Part shown: piece after piece, positions 17,637-25,130 of the stretch
Numbering within the stretch: the stretch's first letter is position 1
Layout of the letters: every line of letters starts with the position of its first letter
Assembly (NCBI GenBank): GCA_037440825.1
Contig: JBBITJ010000014.1
Coordinates: 1-25,130, forward strand
DNA length: 25,130 nucleotides
Reading direction: 5' to 3'
Source: Candidatus Micrarchaeota archaeon
GTDB taxonomy: Archaea; Micrarchaeota; Micrarchaeia; Anstonellales; Bilamarchaeaceae
The notes under the pieces: generated by a model
What the model saw: only the letters and a program-made list of their open reading frames with translations
Database searches by the model: none
What the model was told of the DNA's origin: nothing
Position numbers and translations under genes: made by a program

Positions 17637-18971
17637 ATCCGCAGTTGCGCGCTCTATTACCTTCCTTGCCTTCTCAGTTATTTCCTCCAGCCTTTTCCCG
17701 CTCCTGAATTCCGCAGTGAGCCGTATCGCTTGCTCGGTTCCGGAAGCGCGCACGAGTACGAACCCGTCATCAAAGTCTTCCCGTATCCCGTCAATCGTGT
17801 TCCGCTTCCCGCCGAGCGAGAGCGTTTTCATTATTTTTTCCATCGCCTTCGCGCGGTCCGCGCACTTGAACTTCTCGCGCAAAATCGGGTACGTCCCATA
17901 CTTCGCTTTGAGCTTCGAAAGCGCACCCCTCTTGACAAGTATCTCCAGGAATTTCGCAGCCACCATAATTCCATCAGGAGTATTCACCCCTTCCTTGTAG
18001 ATGAATTCCCCTGCAGGCTCCCCTCCGAAAACTGCATCAGGGATTTTTTCCATCGCCTCGCTCACGTTCGCGCTTCCAACCCCGACAACAGCGCTCTTTC
18101 CCCAGTTTCTCTCCACGGTTTCCCTTATCAGCGTCGAAGCTTCAACCGTGCTTACCACAGTCGCGCGTCCCGGGCCCTGCGTTTTGTGTTTCGCCAGTTC
18201 ATGCTCTATCGCGATCGCGAACTGAACGTCCAGCCCCAAAAGTTCGCCTGTCTCATCCACCATTATCGCGCGGTCAGCGTCCCCGTCGTGCCCGATTCCA
18301 AGCTGCGCGTTCCGGGTTCTGACTTCGGTTTTGAGTTTCGCGAGATTCGCATCATTGGGCTCGGAGGGGCGCAAAAACCCTTTCTCCACCTTGTTTATCT
18401 CCACAACTTCGCAGCCCAATTCGCGGAGCAGGAGCGGAGTTATCACGGTCCCGACTCCGTTCGTGTCCACAACAACCTTGATTTTTGCTTTCCTTATCGC
18501 AGCCGCATCCACGCTTTTCCTGATCATTTCGACGTGGTCGCGCACCGCATTCCCATAAGGAATTATCTTCCCTGCTTCGTCCCATTTGCAGAGCTTCATC
18601 CCCTGCGCATGGAGCAGTTCAACCAATTCTTCCTCTTTTTTGGAAATCTCCCTTCCGTCCCTGTAAAGCTTCAGGCCGTTGTACTCGGAAGGGTTGTGGC
18701 TCGCGGTTATCATTATCCCTCTGCATCCGTTCGTTTTCGTGTAAAGCGCCATCGTAGGCGTAGGCACTTCGCCCAAATCAACAGCTACCGCCCCCTTTCC
18801 AAGAATCCCGCTCACCGCCGCATCCTTCAATATGCCTGAAGTCTCGCGCAAATCCGCAGCTACCGCGACCTTCTCCCCCTTCCTGGCGAACGCATTCGCT
18901 ATCCCCATCGCCAGTTCAGGGGTTATTTTCGAGCCGTAAATGTCCCTTATCCCGGAAGTCCCAAAAAGCAT
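17631..18971 (-). CDS. glmM: Phosphoglucosamine mutase / alpha-D-phosphohexomutase
   Basis: MLFGTSGIR, ITASHNP (phosphoserine), HDGDADR metal loop, GGEPAG, VRASGTE; substrate inferred from proximity to glmU. Confidence 0.82.
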   Translation of the reverse strand: MLFGTSGIRDIYGSKITPELAMGIANAFARKGEKVAVAADLRETSGILKDAAVSGILGKGAVAVDLGEVPTPTMALYTKTNGCRGIMITASHNPSEYNGLKLYRDGREISKKEEELVELLHAQGMKLCKWDEAGKIIPYGNAVRDHVEMIRKSVDAAAIRKAKIKVVVDTNGVGTVITPLLLRELGCEVVEINKVEKGFLRPSEPNDANLAKLKTEVRTRNAQLGIGHDGDADRAIMVDETGELLGLDVQFAIAIEHELAKHKTQGPGRATVVSTVEASTLIRETVERNWGKSAVVGVGSANVSEAMEKIPDAVFGGEPAGEFIYKEGVNTPDGIMVAAKFLEILVKRGALSKLKAKYGTYPILREKFKCADRAKAMEKIMKTLSLGGKRNTIDGIREDFDDGFVLVRASGTEQAIRLTAEFRSGKRLEEITEKARKVIERATADS

Positions 18972-18990
18972 ATGACTACTTTTCAGAATC

Positions 18991-19038
18991 GGTTTATATA
19001 CCCCTAGCTGGAGCCGCCCGAAGGAAGGCTTTTTATAT
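18991..19038. promoter_or_regulatory. Divergent TATA boxes for glmM (-) and rpo7 (+)
   Basis: TATATAAA on the minus strand (19000-18993); AAGGCTTTTTATAT on the plus strand (19025-19038). Confidence 0.55.
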
Positions 19039-19077
19039 CTTTTCAATACAATTCTATTCGGAGAAAGGTGACTCATT

Positions 19078-19662
19078 ATGTATTATTCAATGAATATAGA
19101 GGAGAAAATCCGCATCCCCGCAGGCATGCTCGCAATGGACATAGAGGAGGCAGCCAAGAAGGTGCTCAGGGACAGCTATGAGCGCAGGATTTACAAGGGT
19201 CTCGGGCTCGTGCTCAGCATAGACGACGTCGAAATAACAGGCGCAGGCGTCGTGGTTCCCGGAGACCACAACATATACTACACCACGAGATTCAACGCGC
19301 TCGTGTTCAACGCCGCGGTGAACGAAGTATTCGAATCCGAAGTGAAGGAGATCGTGGAGTTCGGCGCTTTCGCGTCCGTGGGCCCGCTGGACGGGCTTCT
19401 GCACGTCTCGCAGATCGCAGGCGAGAAATTCTTCTACGACAAGAAGAACAAGTCCCTCGCCTCGAGCGGGAAGAAGGCGATAAAGAAGGGCGACGTGCTG
19501 CTCCTGAAAATCTCCACCGTGAGCCTGAAGTCCGCCTCGAGCGACACCAAGATCGGGCTCACCATGAGGTCCGAAGGGTTGGGCAAGCCTGAATGGGTCG
19601 ACGAGGAGAAGAGGAAGGCGAAGAAGGAGCCCAAGAAGGAAGAGAAGGGGAAGAAGGAGTGA
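19078..19662 (+). CDS. rpo7: DNA-directed RNA polymerase subunit Rpo7 (E')
   Basis: EFGAFASVGPLDGLLHVSQI S1 domain, KIGLTMRSEGLGKPEW. Confidence 0.95.
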   Translation: MYYSMNIEEKIRIPAGMLAMDIEEAAKKVLRDSYERRIYKGLGLVLSIDDVEITGAGVVVPGDHNIYYTTRFNALVFNAAVNEVFESEVKEIVEFGAFASVGPLDGLLHVSQIAGEKFFYDKKNKSLASSGKKAIKKGDVLLLKISTVSLKSASSDTKIGLTMRSEGLGKPEWVDEEKRKAKKEPKKEEKGKKE

Positions 19663-19667
19663 TTCTT

Positions 19668-19850
19668 ATGCACGCATGCAGGAACTGCAGGATGATAGTG
19701 AACGAGGAAAAAACCTGTCCAAAATGCCAGGGCACGGACTTCACGGAGAAGTTCAGCGGCGAAGTGATCATTTTGGATCCGGAAAGGAGCGAGATCGCGA
19801 AAGTCGCGGAAGTGAACAGCCCGGGCAAGTTCGCGATCCGCGTAAAATGA
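19668..19850 (+). CDS. spt4: Transcription elongation factor Spt4 (RpoE'')
   Basis: ACRNC...CPKC...FSGEVIILDPERSEIAK...PGKFAIRV; conserved position after rpo7. Confidence 0.95.
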   Translation: MHACRNCRMIVNEEKTCPKCQGTDFTEKFSGEVIILDPERSEIAKVAEVNSPGKFAIRVK

Positions 19851-19888
19851 ATGTTTTCCTACTTTACAATTTTTTACCATTTCTTCCC
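19851..19888 (+). terminator. Candidate oligo-T archaeal terminator
   Basis: T/pyrimidine-rich tract (TTTT, TTTTTT) right after the spt4 stop. Confidence 0.45.
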
Positions 19889-19976
19889 GTAAACGCCCGA
19901 TTTTCTGCAGAAGGTATTTAAATTGAACTCCGCATTATTATCTCTCAGCAATATTTTCTGAAAACGCGGGTGTTTC

Positions 19977-20243
19977 ATGATGGGCGGACCAAGAGGAAGA
20001 GACAGGCTTTTGACTTGCGAGAGCTGCAGGAGGCAGGTTCCGCGCAACAAGGCGGTTGAGCTTGAAAAGAAGAACATCTTCAGCACCGACCTCCGCACTG
20101 CGGACAACGTGGTCGCGATAAGCACCAGGACGGTTTACTACTGCATAAGCTGTGCGAAGCACAGGAAGATTTTCGAAAAGAAAAAGAGAATGGCGCAGAG
20201 GGCCAGCGAAAGGAGGGCGAGGCAAATCGAAAGGCGATTCTGA
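19977..20243 (+). CDS. rps26e: 30S ribosomal protein eS26 (S26e)
   Basis: RG....TCESC.RQVPRNKA and YYCISCAKHRKI match the eS26 CxxC-VPxDKA / YCxSCAxH zinc motifs; basic tail; TATA-like TTTAAAT at 19917-19923. Confidence 0.8.
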   Translation: MMGGPRGRDRLLTCESCRRQVPRNKAVELEKKNIFSTDLRTADNVVAISTRTVYYCISCAKHRKIFEKKKRMAQRASERRARQIERRF

Positions 20244-20542
20244 TGATGAAGCCGATCGAACTCGACGGTACAAAATACACAGCGTTCGAAAGCGAGCTTG
20301 GAAATCTGAAACTGATCGTGATAAAGGCGAAGCGGGGCTACATCGCCTGCAGCTACATCGACAAGGACACTGCGGAGAAGGTCGGCGACATCGCCGGCTT
20401 CGTCTCCGGGGTGAAATGCATCGATGACATGCTCAAGGCCAAATTGCGCAGCACTACCACTTGGGCCGAGGACATGGGCCTGCGGGAAGGGATGAGCGTG
20501 AAGAAGGCGCTCGAGCTCCTGAACGAGAGCGCCCAGCCATAA
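20243..20542 (+). CDS. YunC / DUF1805 family protein
   Basis: LIVIKAKRGYIACSY, AGFVSGVK..DDML.A, LREGMSVKKAL. Confidence 0.82.
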   Translation: MMKPIELDGTKYTAFESELGNLKLIVIKAKRGYIACSYIDKDTAEKVGDIAGFVSGVKCIDDMLKAKLRSTTTWAEDMGLREGMSVKKALELLNESAQP

Positions 20543-20550
20543 ATCGGTTT

Positions 20551-21084
20551 TCAGTTTCCAGTTTTCTGTTCCTCAGTTTGAGTTTTCCCAATGTAATTTT
20601 TCCTTGCGATGAATGCTGCAATGAGCGGAAGAATGACCGCAGGGAAGAACCCTCCGCAGCCTTCGAGGTCGTAATTGTATTCCGTAACCTTCTTCTTGCA
20701 CTCCTCGGTGTAGGAGCTCCAAACCCCTCCAATCGGCTCCTCCAATATTCCGGTGCTTATATAGTTGCATATCGTTTCGTTGTGCGTTATCGCGGCTATG
20801 TCCGAGAAGCAGTTGTTCTTGTTCGCTTCCGCGAATGAGGAAACCAGGTTAGTAGTGTTTCCCGCTTCCATGCAGGCTTCCACCGCGCCTTCAGTATCGC
20901 CATTGAGCGCGTACTGGATCGCAAGCTCCTGGTAGCACATCGAAGCTTCGCCCACCCTCCATGTTTCGGTGAACGCCTTGCTCTTGAGGTTCTGGCATTC
21001 GCTCTCTTCTTTCGTCGCGAGGCACCCTGAGATAAGCAGTATGGTCAGCATTCCCAGAGCCAAGAATATTTTTCCCTTCACCAT
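20551..21084 (-). CDS. Cys-rich exported/membrane protein with lipobox-like N-terminus and C-terminal TM helix
   Basis: LLISGC after a hydrophobic stretch; spaced Cys (CY.ELA...C, CFSDIA....ETIC.YI); GCGGFFPAVILPLIAAFIARK tail. Confidence 0.7.
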   Translation of the reverse strand: MVKGKIFLALGMLTILLISGCLATKEESECQNLKSKAFTETWRVGEASMCYQELAIQYALNGDTEGAVEACMEAGNTTNLVSSFAEANKNNCFSDIAAITHNETICNYISTGILEEPIGGVWSSYTEECKKKVTEYNYDLEGCGGFFPAVILPLIAAFIARKNYIGKTQTEEQKTGN

Positions 21085-21611
21085 TCAACAGCACCGAGCA
21101 GCCATCCCCTGGAATCGCGTTTCGACATTTTCGCGCAAATCCTTTTGGCTGCGGCTGTTTTTAACTTTTCTGGAGCGAGCCACTCCTTTGCATAGGGGTT
21201 TCCTTCGTCCAGGTATTCCTTTGCCTGGAAGAACATCTCCAGCAAATCAGCGTCGCGCACTATGTCCGCGAGCTTCTGGTTCTTCGGGCTGAGTTCCTCC
21301 AGCGCGCCGAACGCATCCTTCATCGCCCTCGCATCATCAGGCTTCGCATACTGCTTCGCGAGCTTGTGCAGATCGCCAAGGCGCGCCTCGTGCACGTCGT
21401 GGGAAAGCGCGAGAAGCAGCGCCTCCCTGCACTCCTCCTTCGAAAGCCCCTCTGCTTTCGCAATAAGGTAAGCCACGAACGCGGCGCGGAAAGAATGCTC
21501 AGCCACGCTTTCGCAGTCCTTTATCCCTATCGAGAGCCAGCCGCTCCTCGGCGTCCTTTTCAGGTTGCCGAGCTGGAATATGAAATCCACATCATCCATA
21601 AATTTCACCAT
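21078..21611 (-). CDS. HD-domain hydrolase (YfbR/HDDC2-like 5'-deoxynucleotidase family)
   Basis: LKRTPRSGW, ESVAEHSFR, HDVHEARLGD, DADLLE. Confidence 0.88.
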   Translation of the reverse strand: MVKFMDDVDFIFQLGNLKRTPRSGWLSIGIKDCESVAEHSFRAAFVAYLIAKAEGLSKEECREALLLALSHDVHEARLGDLHKLAKQYAKPDDARAMKDAFGALEELSPKNQKLADIVRDADLLEMFFQAKEYLDEGNPYAKEWLAPEKLKTAAAKRICAKMSKRDSRGWLLGAVEW

Positions 21612-21617
21612 TCAATC

Positions 21618-21638
21618 CGAAACCCAAAACCGGAAACC
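21618..21638. repeat. Three-unit heptamer array filling most of the cdc6-HD gap
   Basis: cgaaacc-caaaacc-ggaaacc abutting the cdc6 stop codon. Confidence 0.75.
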
Positions 21639-22820
21639 TCACCAGTTCGTCCCGCCCAAAGGGAGCTTCCTCTCCAGGAGCGAAACCATGTCCTTCGCTT
21701 CATAGCCGAGCTTTATGAGTGTGGTATGGCCGCGCATACCCCTTCCGCTCAGCGTGAGCGTTATCAGCCCCAGCGTCTCCAGGTCGGAGAGGTATTCCTT
21801 GTACCAGCGGGAGCTCCGCGCCCTCCTTCCAGCCTGCCTCGCGGCCTTCTCGTATTCCTCATACACTTCTCCTGAGATAAGGAACCCGCTCTCGTGGTCT
21901 ATCTCCAGTTTGGAATACCTGCTTCCCTTCAGCGTGAGCCTCGCAATCGCATAAAGCACGAGCTGGTGGTTTTCCGGAAGCGTGCCTATCGTTTCTGCAG
22001 CGAGGTCTATGTCCACCTTTTTGCGCGCCGCCTCGACCTCGCTGTCCGTTATGCGCTGTCTTTTCAAGCTGTCCGCTATTTCCGCGGCTTTTTCGAAAAG
22101 CTTGAGCGCGTACCTCGCGTCCCCTGTCTCCTGAGCGGCTATCGCTGAAGCGAGGTTTATGGCTGACTCGTCCACAGCGCCGCTCACTATCCCGAGCTGC
22201 GCCCTCTGCTTCAGTATCTGCTGGAGCTGCGGCGCAGTGTAGGGGGCGAATATCATTTCGCTCTCGTAGAGCGAGCTCTTGCTCCTCGCGTCCAGCCCGC
22301 TCTTGAACGAGAGCTTGTTGGAAATCCCTATTATGGAAATCCCGCCTTTCTGCGTCTCGTCGTTCGAGCGCGTGAGCGTGTAAACCAGCTCGTCGAGGTC
22401 CTTGACCATGTCCACCTCATCCAGGATCACGACGAGCTGCACGCCTTTGCCCATGATCTCTATCATCTTCTCGTATAGGAACGTGACTCCGAACCCGCTC
22501 TTCTCCAGCTCAGGCGCGAAGTTCTTCAGTATCTTCTGCATTATTCTGTACCTGGAATTGTATATCCTGCAGTTGATGTACGTTATCGCAGCGCTGCCGG
22601 TGTTCTGTAGCCTGTCCAGGGCGCGTCGCACGCTGCACGTCTTTCCAGTGCCTGTTTTTCCGTAAACGAAAAGGTTGCGCGGCTTCTGCCCCTTTATCGC
22701 AGGCGCGAAAGTCCTCATTATCTCGTCCATCTCCTTCTCGCGGAAAGGCAATTCTTCCGGCACGTAATGGGGGGAAAGCACGTTCCTGTCCTTGAATATG
22801 GTTTCAGAATTCTCCTCCAT
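21639..22820 (-). CDS. cdc6: Orc1/Cdc6 replication initiator
   Basis: IFKDRNVLSPHYVPEELPFRE, Walker A GKTGTGKT, YINC, Walker B VILDEVD, GDARYAL, C-terminal winged helix (LSDLETLGLI...GMRGHT); ATG 22820 preferred over 22883. Confidence 0.95.
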   Translation of the reverse strand: MEENSETIFKDRNVLSPHYVPEELPFREKEMDEIMRTFAPAIKGQKPRNLFVYGKTGTGKTCSVRRALDRLQNTGSAAITYINCRIYNSRYRIMQKILKNFAPELEKSGFGVTFLYEKMIEIMGKGVQLVVILDEVDMVKDLDELVYTLTRSNDETQKGGISIIGISNKLSFKSGLDARSKSSLYESEMIFAPYTAPQLQQILKQRAQLGIVSGAVDESAINLASAIAAQETGDARYALKLFEKAAEIADSLKRQRITDSEVEAARKKVDIDLAAETIGTLPENHQLVLYAIARLTLKGSRYSKLEIDHESGFLISGEVYEEYEKAARQAGRRARSSRWYKEYLSDLETLGLITLTLSGRGMRGHTTLIKLGYEAKDMVSLLERKLPLGGTNW

Positions 22821-22826
22821 GAATAT

Positions 22827-23039
22827 CAGTTCCCACTTTCGAGTATCCAGCCGTCGGCAATCAGACGACTGTCCCTCCAGCATGGCCGGAGATCCGGTTT
22901 CGAAACCCGGAACGGGAAACAGGAAACCGAAGACGGCGAACTATAATCGAGGGAAGGTATTTAGCCCGCATACATTTTATAAGTTTTTGCAGCATCCAGG
23001 AGGGCATGCGGCGGTTTCCGGTTCCGAGTTTCCTGTCTT
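22827..23039. repeat. Heptamer arrays of alternating orientation upstream of cdc6
   Basis: cagttcc-cactttc-gagtatc (22827-22847); palindrome ggtttcgaaacc (22896-22907); gaaaccc-ggaacgg-gaaacag-gaaaccg (22902-22929); cggtttc-cggttcc-gagtttc-ctgtctt (23012-23039). Confidence 0.75.
22975..22988 (-). promoter_or_regulatory. Candidate BRE/TATA for cdc6
   Basis: Minus strand reads AAAAACTTATAAAA. Confidence 0.45.
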
Positions 23040-23115
23040 CGACGTTTTGAAGACAGTCTCGTAAACTGCTTCGCAGTCTCCAATCAGGTTCCGCTCCCCA
23101 TCAACGAGATGAAAT

Positions 23116-23136
23116 GAAAGCTTTATTAATTAATTC
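23116..23136 (+). promoter_or_regulatory. Candidate BRE/TATA for sepF
   Basis: GAAAGCTTTATTAATTAA; SD-like AGGTGA at 23195-23200. Confidence 0.5.
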
Positions 23137-23204
23137 GCTTATTTATCCCTCGCGTACATTCGCTGAAGCGCGCAAGGCGCCTTCAAAGAGAGTCAGGTGA
23201 TCAG

Positions 23205-23576
23205 ATGGGAATACTGGACAAGATTTTGGGCGCGAAAGGGGAAGCTTCTGAAGGAGCCGCGAACATCGAAGACATGCTTGAAGTGGAAGGGGACGTAGTG
23301 AATCCGCCCGCGGACTTTTACGTGAAAAGGATAGATTTGAGGAACGAGGGCGACGCGGACCTTGCGGTGAAGGAGCTTACCGAGAAGAACATCATAATCC
23401 TGAACGTGCTCCCGCTTTCCAAGCAGCCGAACAGGCTCAAGACCATAATCGCGAAGCTCAAGGCCTACGCGGGGAAGATGGACGGCGACATAGCGCTGCT
23501 CACTCCGGAAATGATCCTGCTCACGCCTTCGAAAGTCAAGATTGTAAAGTCGAAGCCGAAGGCCAAACCGCAGTAA
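23205..23576 (+). CDS. sepF: Cell division protein SepF (archaeal type)
   Basis: N-terminal amphipathic MGILDKILG; NIIILNV.PL, GDIA, ILLTPSKVKI motifs. Confidence 0.85.
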   Translation: MGILDKILGAKGEASEGAANIEDMLEVEGDVVNPPADFYVKRIDLRNEGDADLAVKELTEKNIIILNVLPLSKQPNRLKTIIAKLKAYAGKMDGDIALLTPEMILLTPSKVKIVKSKPKAKPQ

Positions 23577-23616
23577 ATTTTCTTTCTAATTCTTTTCTCT
23601 CCTTTTACTTAACTCT
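23577..23616 (+). terminator. Pyrimidine/T-rich terminator region between convergent sepF and pepA
   Basis: ATTTTTCTTTCTAATTCTTTTCTCTCCTTTT. Confidence 0.55.
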
Positions 23617-25080
23617 TTATTTCCTGATCAATTCGATTATTCCCTGGATTATGAGCCGTGTTCCGGTCCCGGTGGCGCCCTTTTCAATAAGAGGGTGCTT
23701 CCCGACCACATTGTCCACTCCTGCAATGTCCAGGTGCGCCCATTTCGTATCCCCTACGAATTCCTTAAGGAACGCCGCAGCAGTTATGCTTCCTGCCTCC
23801 CCTTCTGTCCCTACGTTCTTTATGTCCGCGAACTCGCCCTTTATCATCTCAGAGTACTCTTTCCATAGCGGCATCTCCCACACCCGCTCGAAGGTTTTGT
23901 GCCCGGCGGTTTTGAGTTTTGCCGCCAAGTCCGAATCGTTGGAGAACAGCCCTGTCGCGTGCCTTCCCAGGCACACGATTATCGCTCCGGTGAGCGTAGC
24001 CGCATCTATGATGGCCGCAGGCTTCCTTTCCGCAGCGTAGGCCAGCGCGTCGCCGAGGATGAGCCTTCCTTCCGCGTCCGTATTGAGTATCTCTACGGTC
24101 TTTCCGTTATACATTTTGATTATGTCTCCGGGGTTGCTCGCTGTCCCGCTCGGCTTGTTCTCCGCGAGCGGCATCACTCCGTGTATGCGTACAGGAAGCT
24201 TGAGTTCCGCAGCCGCCTTCAGCACCCCCAAGACTATGCACGCGCCGCTTTTGTCGTACTTCATCTCGTGCATGTTCTTCGAGGGTTTGAGCGAAATCCC
24301 GCCGGAATCGAACGTTATCCCCTTACCTACGACCGAGTACAGCGGCGCGTTCTTCCCTCCGTCGTATTCGATGCTCACGAGCAGCGGCTCGTTCGCGCTT
24401 CCCTTGCCTACTGAAAGTATGCCGTTCATCCCCTTCTTCTCCAAATCCTTCCTTTCCAGGATTTCAATTTTCATCCCGTATTCCTTGGCGAGCTTCTCGG
24501 CTTCGGAAGCGAATGTGCGCGGGGTTATTATGTTCGAGGGGTTCTCGTCAAGCTCGCGCACGTAATTCTGCGCCTCCGCCATTATCCTTCCGACTTTCAC
24601 TCCTTCTGAAACCTCTTTGTCTCCCTTGTCGCAGATGGAAACGGAAAGCTCCCGTTTCTCCTCTTTCTTGTCGTCCTTGCTCTTCCACTTGTCCAGCCTG
24701 TGCGAGGCGAGAATGGCACCCTCCGTAGCCGCCTGCGCAAGCGCCCGCGGCTCGAAGCCGCTCACTTTCGGAAGCAGGATTTCCAACTTCGAAGCCTTCA
24801 ATCCATCAGCAACCCTGTACGCCATCGCTGCCCCGCGCCTCACGTATTCTGGATCGAAATCCGCCTTCTTGCCTAGCCCTATCACGAGCAGCGTCCTGTT
24901 CCCTTCCTGCAAGGACGCGGTCTGCATGAGCTTGCCTTCGAAAGCCCTGCTCTTGCAAAGCCTTTCGTACCTCGCCTGCACTGCTGCGCCCAGCTGCAGC
25001 TCGAGCGCGTCCTCGAAAGCGAAGCCTGCGGCGAATTCCGAATAGTCCATGAAGTCTGCGATTCCAGCCGATATTTTCAT
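23617..25080 (-). CDS. pepA: Leucyl aminopeptidase (M17 family)
   Basis: GKGITFDSGG, MKYDKSGA, NTDAEGRL, DAATLTGA, WAHLDIAG; ATG 25080 preferred. Confidence 0.95.
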   Translation of the reverse strand: MKISAGIADFMDYSEFAAGFAFEDALELQLGAAVQARYERLCKSRAFEGKLMQTASLQEGNRTLLVIGLGKKADFDPEYVRRGAAMAYRVADGLKASKLEILLPKVSGFEPRALAQAATEGAILASHRLDKWKSKDDKKEEKRELSVSICDKGDKEVSEGVKVGRIMAEAQNYVRELDENPSNIITPRTFASEAEKLAKEYGMKIEILERKDLEKKGMNGILSVGKGSANEPLLVSIEYDGGKNAPLYSVVGKGITFDSGGISLKPSKNMHEMKYDKSGACIVLGVLKAAAELKLPVRIHGVMPLAENKPSGTASNPGDIIKMYNGKTVEILNTDAEGRLILGDALAYAAERKPAAIIDAATLTGAIIVCLGRHATGLFSNDSDLAAKLKTAGHKTFERVWEMPLWKEYSEMIKGEFADIKNVGTEGEAGSITAAAFLKEFVGDTKWAHLDIAGVDNVVGKHPLIEKGATGTGTRLIIQGIIELIRK

Positions 25081-25130
25081 AATTGCACCAAGCATTACGC
25101 GGAGCTTCTGTTTAAAAATCTAACAGGCGA

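Noticed and set aside
18972..19076. N-terminal extension of glmM in the ORF track
   Set aside because: Spans the divergent promoter region; the family N-terminus begins at MLFGTSG (18971)
19605..19660. Purine-rich AAGAAGG repeats at the end of rpo7
   Set aside because: Explained by the Lys/Glu low-complexity C-terminal tail
23164..23185. Small hairpin in the sepF leader (TGAAGCGC...GCGCCTTCA) as an ncRNA or riboswitch
   Set aside because: Only about 8 bp with a bulge; insufficient support

Overview
Gene-dense window from an archaeal chromosome. A DPANN lineage such as Micrarchaeota is my inference from gene content and style and is not verified. The left half (2046-14792) is a + strand type IV pilus/Tad-like locus. 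It has five class III signal peptide proteins, a ~1480-aa repeat-rich secreted surface protein, a VirB11/CpaF-type ATPase with an extra N-terminal HTH-like domain, and two TadC/GspF-type membrane proteins. A Roadblock-like gene and tldD precede it. The right half is housekeeping: a DUF460-like gene, glmU, an AbrB-PIN toxin-antitoxin pair with a palindromic operator, glmM, rpo7, spt4, ribosomal protein eS26, YunC/DUF1805, a Cys-rich membrane protein, an HD hydrolase, orc1/cdc6, sepF and pepA. The most unusual signal is a family of short degenerate 7-nt-period arrays (approximately GAAACCS / SGGTTTC, 3-5 units) at a dozen or more places. They occupy intergenic gaps, pilin signal peptides, a C-terminal tail and apparent enzyme loops, and several look like insertions into pre-existing junctions. 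I found no rRNA, tRNA, CRISPR array or transposase.
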